Source: Eledone cirrhosa (Eukaryota). From it: 64,000 bases of DNA. Each line of letters starts with the position of its first letter. Within the stretch, counting starts at the first letter, position 1. Under the pieces are notes generated by a model. It was given only the letters and a program-made list of their open reading frames with translations, searched no databases and was not told the origin of the DNA. The DNA lies in assembly GCA_964016885.1 (NCBI GenBank), contig OZ024740.1, positions 256,680,001-256,744,000 of the forward strand, given 5' to 3'. This document shows, piece by piece, positions 57,745 through 64,000 of the stretch. The position numbers were made by a program, and so were the translations under genes.

Positions 57745-58024
57745 CCCTATTGATCTGTCTATCTGTCTATCTGTCTATCTGTCTGTCTGTTTGTCTGTCT
57801 GTATGTCTGTCACTCTACACATGCATCCATGTCACAAACAGTGTGATGAAAATGTTTGACAATGAAGAACAAATGAAAAATATAAAGTGAAGTTAAAGGA
57901 TTTTATGTCTTATTTTTCTTTGAATCGCTAAAATGACGCACCCACAATGTAATTGATGCGCGCACGCACACACATACACACACACAAACAGACACACACA
58001 CACACTCACTCACACACATAATAT

Positions 58025-58197
58025 ATGCTACCTAATGTTTCAAACTTCAACCAGTATAGAACATAGACATACTAAGTCTGCTAGTTTAGTAATCATTAGG
58101 CAAAACTAAGATGTCTGGACGTTCAGCAATCTTAGTTTAGAATATATAGAATATCTCTGCCCTATGCTGTTTAAAGTTTGAAACGTTAGGTGGCATG
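58025..58197. repeat. Imperfect fold-back
   Basis: atgctacctaatgtttcaaactt / aagtttgaaacgttaggtggcat. Confidence 0.8.
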
Positions 58198-58293
58198 CAT
58201 TAGTGTTGAGATATTCGTTTAACATATTTTAGCTCTGTACATTACATAGAGCGCTTTTATTCCTTGGTCAATTTCATTGGAATCCCTTAGCAC

Positions 58294-58346
<53 letters not shown>

Positions 58347-58504
58347 ATCGGAGGTCATATTCAGTTAATTTAGTGGCCGGCCCGCCGTCGAAGAAACAAC
58401 ACCACGAGTTCGTGGTGAAAAGAAAATCAGTTTTCGGATAAATTATTTGATTTTTACAAAAGTAATGGTTTTTGAGGAACTTTCAATGTTTATTTTAGGT
58501 TTAG

Positions 58505-58562
58505 CCGTCTGAAGAGCTCAGGCTATCATAATTGATAGCCCTCATTAAAATATGTATAAAGG
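58505..58562 (+). ncRNA. Degenerate hammerhead motif
   Basis: ccgt CTGAAGA g ctca ggctatca taat tgatagcc ctcatt aAAA tatgta T a aagg. Confidence 0.45.
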
Positions 58563-58757
58563 AATTATAAATAAACCTGAATCAACCGAATATGGCCTCC
58601 AATCTTTTATTAATAAATAATGGTCCACGTCTTGGACCATTTATACTGGTCGTTGAGCACTTCTTTTTATCTGCTTCACAACCATGGTGTGATCTGCACA
58701 TCACTGATTTGTTAACCCCTTACTTTTTCTCTCTCTCTTTCTCTCTATATATATATT

Positions 58758-58805
<48 letters not shown>

Positions 58806-59769
58806 TGTATTGGTCAATATACGAATGATTGGGGAGAGACAATGTCGATAATTATGAAAAAAAAAATTGAATAAGTCAGGTAATAAGATATCAGGAGTCA
58901 TTTACCCGGTTTATTCAACTATTATTACTAATTATCTGCATTGTGGAGGCTTCGACTCAAACGTCACCATATTGTCAAATGTATGAATGTATATGAATAT
59001 ATATATGTATGTATACACACACATATATATATGTATATATACATATATTTGTATATATATATAAATATATATGTGTGTATATATATAAATATATATATAT
59101 AGATATATATGAGAGAAGATTTGTGTATATATGCAACGTAAGTAGGTATATACATCCACAAAAAACATAAACTTCTTCTTTTAATGTTACACTGTATATT
59201 GTGATGTGATATTGTCATGTGTCATATAACTGCATACCAACCCTCACCAATACCCCAGACAGTCGATCATATAACCCACAAACACCCCAACCACTATCAG
59301 ATTCATCAAATGCCCTAGATATTCCCATAGGCACCATGGTATATATAATCATTCATGTATATATATATATATATTTCCCGATCGACATATCTTGCTCATT
59401 TATCAGAGTTACAGCTGTGGCACTCATTCATTTTACTGCGATATGTAGCTATGTATACACATATATATATAGACACAGACACACAAACACACACACACAG
59501 ACACACACACACACATATATATATGCACACACCCACATCATGACCATGACATCAGCATCACCTAGCAACACCATCATCAACCGCACCTCCGCCGTCATCA
59601 CCACCATCCACAACCAAATCATCACCATCAACATCATCAGTCTCATTTTGTTGATTTTACTCATTCTAATGGGGTTTTACTGCCAATATATATCAACAAC
59701 ATCCCACCCACAAGCACTCACACACTCCAAACACACGCACACGCACCCATATTTTACACACATACACAC

Positions 59770-59803
<34 letters not shown>

Positions 59804-59883
59804 GTGTGTATGTATATATATGTTCGGATATATATCCATATCCGAATGTGTTTAACTATGTATATATATATGTGTGTGTGTGC

Positions 59884-59932
<49 letters not shown>

Positions 59933-60189
59933 TATATATAAACACATGTACCTAGCTACCAGACAGATATCATAACACCCCCCCCCCCCCTCTCTTCAAT
60001 ATAGAGTGTCTCTTATTTCGTCATGCCCCGCCAAAATTTGCATAGAAGCGGAACCATGGTCTGGATGTCAGTCGGTCCAAAAGCTCCTCCTTCTTTCACA
60101 TACTTCCTGCTACAATCTACAATATCCCAAGCCACACTCCCTCCCTACTATCTATCTATCTCACTCACTCTTTCTTTCTGACACTCTCT

Positions 60190-60221
<32 letters not shown>

Positions 60222-60368
60222 TATATCTATATATCCTCCAAGAGGATGTGGTAAGATACCAGGTGGACCATAACGCACCAGAGTACTCGATACTTGGGGT
60301 AGTAGAGTGGGTAATATAACAATATTTGCTTCAACACACGATTTCATATCAAACGTTTCATTGCAAAC

Positions 60369-60424
<56 letters not shown>

Positions 60425-60441
60425 GAAGTCTAAACTCTAAG

Positions 60442-60487
<46 letters not shown>

Positions 60488-60491
60488 GTTT

Positions 60492-60522
<31 letters not shown>

Positions 60523-60525
60523 CAT

Positions 60526-60560
<35 letters not shown>

Positions 60561-60712
60561 GTATATGTTTATATATATATATGTATATGTTTATACATAT
60601 ATATATATATACATTTATATATATATAAGAGTGTTGAAGTTTGGATGAAAGCAGTAATTCATTGCTTAAGCATTTAATCTGTACTACTTCTACTACAACA
60701 ACAACAACAATA

Positions 60713-60755
<43 letters not shown>

Positions 60756-61479
60756 ATTATTATTATTATTTCTTTATTAACCACAAGGGTTTTAATAATA
60801 ATAACAATAATAATGATAATTTAATAATATATATATATATATTATATAAATTCCTTTCTAATTAAGCACCGCAAAATATATATACACACAACGATACACA
60901 CACAACCACCTGCACACGCATACACAATCAGAAAAATGCACACATTCACGCATACAGCCGCTGTTTAAACTTCATTTCATGCTTGCTGTCTTCAAAAATG
61001 TATATTGAAACAACTTCATCATCTATGTCGCTTGTTCACAATTCCTTCCTGCGATTCTCTCACCCTGAAGTCGAATGGGTGTGATTGTATTACGGGTCAA
61101 ATATTCCACCCCACCCTCACTCTATCGTAGCTTACTTACTATTCGCAAGTCTTTGATACCCATATCACATTCAACGGGTGTGAAACGAGTAGGCATGTAT
61201 CACTTACCACTCAGGCACACAATTACCAACTAATTACTTTTTAACTACCCGAGATTTTTTTCTTAAAGTATTTGTTTCTGGAGGAAATGTTCACTCTAAA
61301 GTCCACATTTATGATGTTTACATAACACACACACAGATACAAACACACACACACACACATACACAACACACACACGCACGCACACACAGACACATATACA
61401 TACATATATTTATATATACATGTAAATATATATATATATATATATATTTACATATATATATATAAATATATATATACAC

Positions 61480-61511
<32 letters not shown>

Positions 61512-61694
61512 CATGTACAAATAAGCTACCAAATATGTACTTATAAAAAACTACGGAGTACACGCACACGTGGTGTTAGGTGCTCCACGCCTCAGCATCC
61601 ATCCACCCATATTTGTATATGAAATGTTTGAATAGACGATATAGTTTTATAAACTATTCCTCGTGTAAGAAATATTGTGCAGAAATTCAACTAA

Positions 61695-64000
61695 CACAGT
61701 ATATATACACAATATACAGTATATACACACAATATACAGTATATACACACAATATACTGTATATATACACAATATACAGTATATATACACAATATACAGT
61801 ATATACACACAATATACAGTATATACACACAATATACAGTATATATACACAATATACATTATATATACACAATATACAGTATATATACACAATATACTGT
61901 ATATATACACAATATACAGTATATACACACTATATACAGTATATATACACAATATACTGTATATATACACAATATACAGTATATATACACAATATACAGT
62001 ATATATAAACAATATACAGTATATACACACTATATACAGTATATATACACAATATACTGTATATATACACAATATACAGTATATATACACAATATACAGT
62101 ATATACACACAATATACAGTATATACACACAATATACAGTATATACACACAATATACAGTATATACACACAATATACTGTATATATACACAATATACAGT
62201 ATATATACACAATATACAGTATATACACACAATATACAGTATATACACACAATATACAGTATATATACACAATATACATTATATATACACAATATACAGT
62301 ATATATACACAATATACAGTATATATAAACAATATACAGTATATACACACTATATACAGTATATATACACAATATACTGTATATATACACAATATACAGT
62401 ATATATACACAATATACAGTATATACACACAATATACAGTATATACACACAATATACAGTATATACACACAATATACAGTATATACACACAATATACAGT
62501 ATATATACACAATATACAGTATATATACACAATATACAGTATATACACGCAATATACAGTATATAGACACAATATACAGTATATACACACAATATACAGT
62601 ATATACACTCAATATACAGTATATACACACAATATACAGTATATACACACAATATACAGTATATACACACAGTATACAGTATATACACACAATATACTGT
62701 ATATACACACAATATACAGTATACACACACAATATACAGTATATACACACAATATACAGTATATACACACAATATACAGTATATATACACAATATACAGT
62801 ATATATACACAATATACAGAATATACACGCAATATACAGTATATAGACACAATATACAGTATATACACACAATATACAGTATATACACTCAATATACAGT
62901 ATATACACACAATATACAGTATAAACACAAAATATACTGTATATACACACAATATACTGTATATACACACAATATACAGTATATACACACAATATACAGT
63001 ATATACACACAATATACAGTATATACACACAATATACTGTATATCCACATAATATACAGTATATACACATAATATACAGTATATAGACACAATATACAGT
63101 ATATACACACAATATACAGTATATACACGCAATATACAGTATATACACACAATATACTGTATATATACACAATATACTGTATATACACACAATATACTGT
63201 ATATATACACAATATACAGTATATACACAATATACAGTATATACACACAATATACTGTATATATACACAATATACTGTATATACACACAATATACTGTAT
63301 ATATACACAATATACTGTATATCCACACAATATACTGTATATACACAATATACAGTATATATACACAATATACTGTATATATACACAATATACTGTATAT
63401 ATACACAATATACAGTATATACACACAATATACTGTATATATACACAATATACTGTATATATACACAATATACTGTATATCCACACAATATACAGTATAT
63501 ATACACAATATACTGTATATATACACAATATACTGTATATACACACAATATACTGTATATATACACAATATACTGTATATCCACACAATATACTGTATAT
63601 CCACACAATATACTGTATATACACACAATATACTGTATATATACACAATATACAGTATATACACAATATACTGTATATATACACAATATACTGTATATAC
63701 ACACAATATACTGTATATATACACAATATACAGTATATACACAATATACAGTATATACACACAATATACTGTATATATACACAATATACAGTATATACAC
63801 ACAATATACTGTATATATACACAATATACTGTATATACACACAATATACTGTATATATACACAATATACAGTATATATACACAATATACAGTATATCCAC
63901 ACAATATACTGTATATCCACACAATATACTGTATATACACACAATATACTGTATATACACACAATATACTGTATATACACAATATACAGTATATACACAC
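61695..64000. repeat. 20-bp satellite (aatatacagtatatacacac), more than 2.3 kb, runs off the window
   Basis: Directly visible; cag/ctg variants; occasional 18-bp units. Confidence 0.98.

Noticed and set aside
61580-64000. ORFs of 400-536 aa
   Set aside because: Stop-free translation of a 20-bp satellite

Overview
AT-rich, microsatellite-laden animal DNA. The tRNA-headed SINE families and repeat landscape suggest a cephalopod (Octopus-like), which is an inference. The only host coding sequence I can support is one 546-bp internal exon of a GATA1/2/3-class transcription factor (54265-54810, +). Most of the rest is probably intron, filled with R4/Dong-, RTE- and CR1-type LINE fragments, two SINE families, three Helitrons (two with a Buster-group hAT inserted in them, each with a perfect 8-bp TSD), a deleted mariner, satellites and a 200-N gap. 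The unexpected signal is about 20 hammerhead-ribozyme (HHR) motifs, intact to degenerate, from at least 8 sequence families. Most sit in short, (TA)n-embedded, frequently fold-back elements that look like pseudo-LTR derivatives of Penelope-like retroelements (PLEs), and PLE GIY-YIG and RT remnants lie nearby. One multi-copy family has a conserved non-canonical core (CAGAAGA). Several inversion junctions fall inside or next to the ribozyme. All motifs were folded and aligned by eye, boundaries are approximate, and activity is untested.
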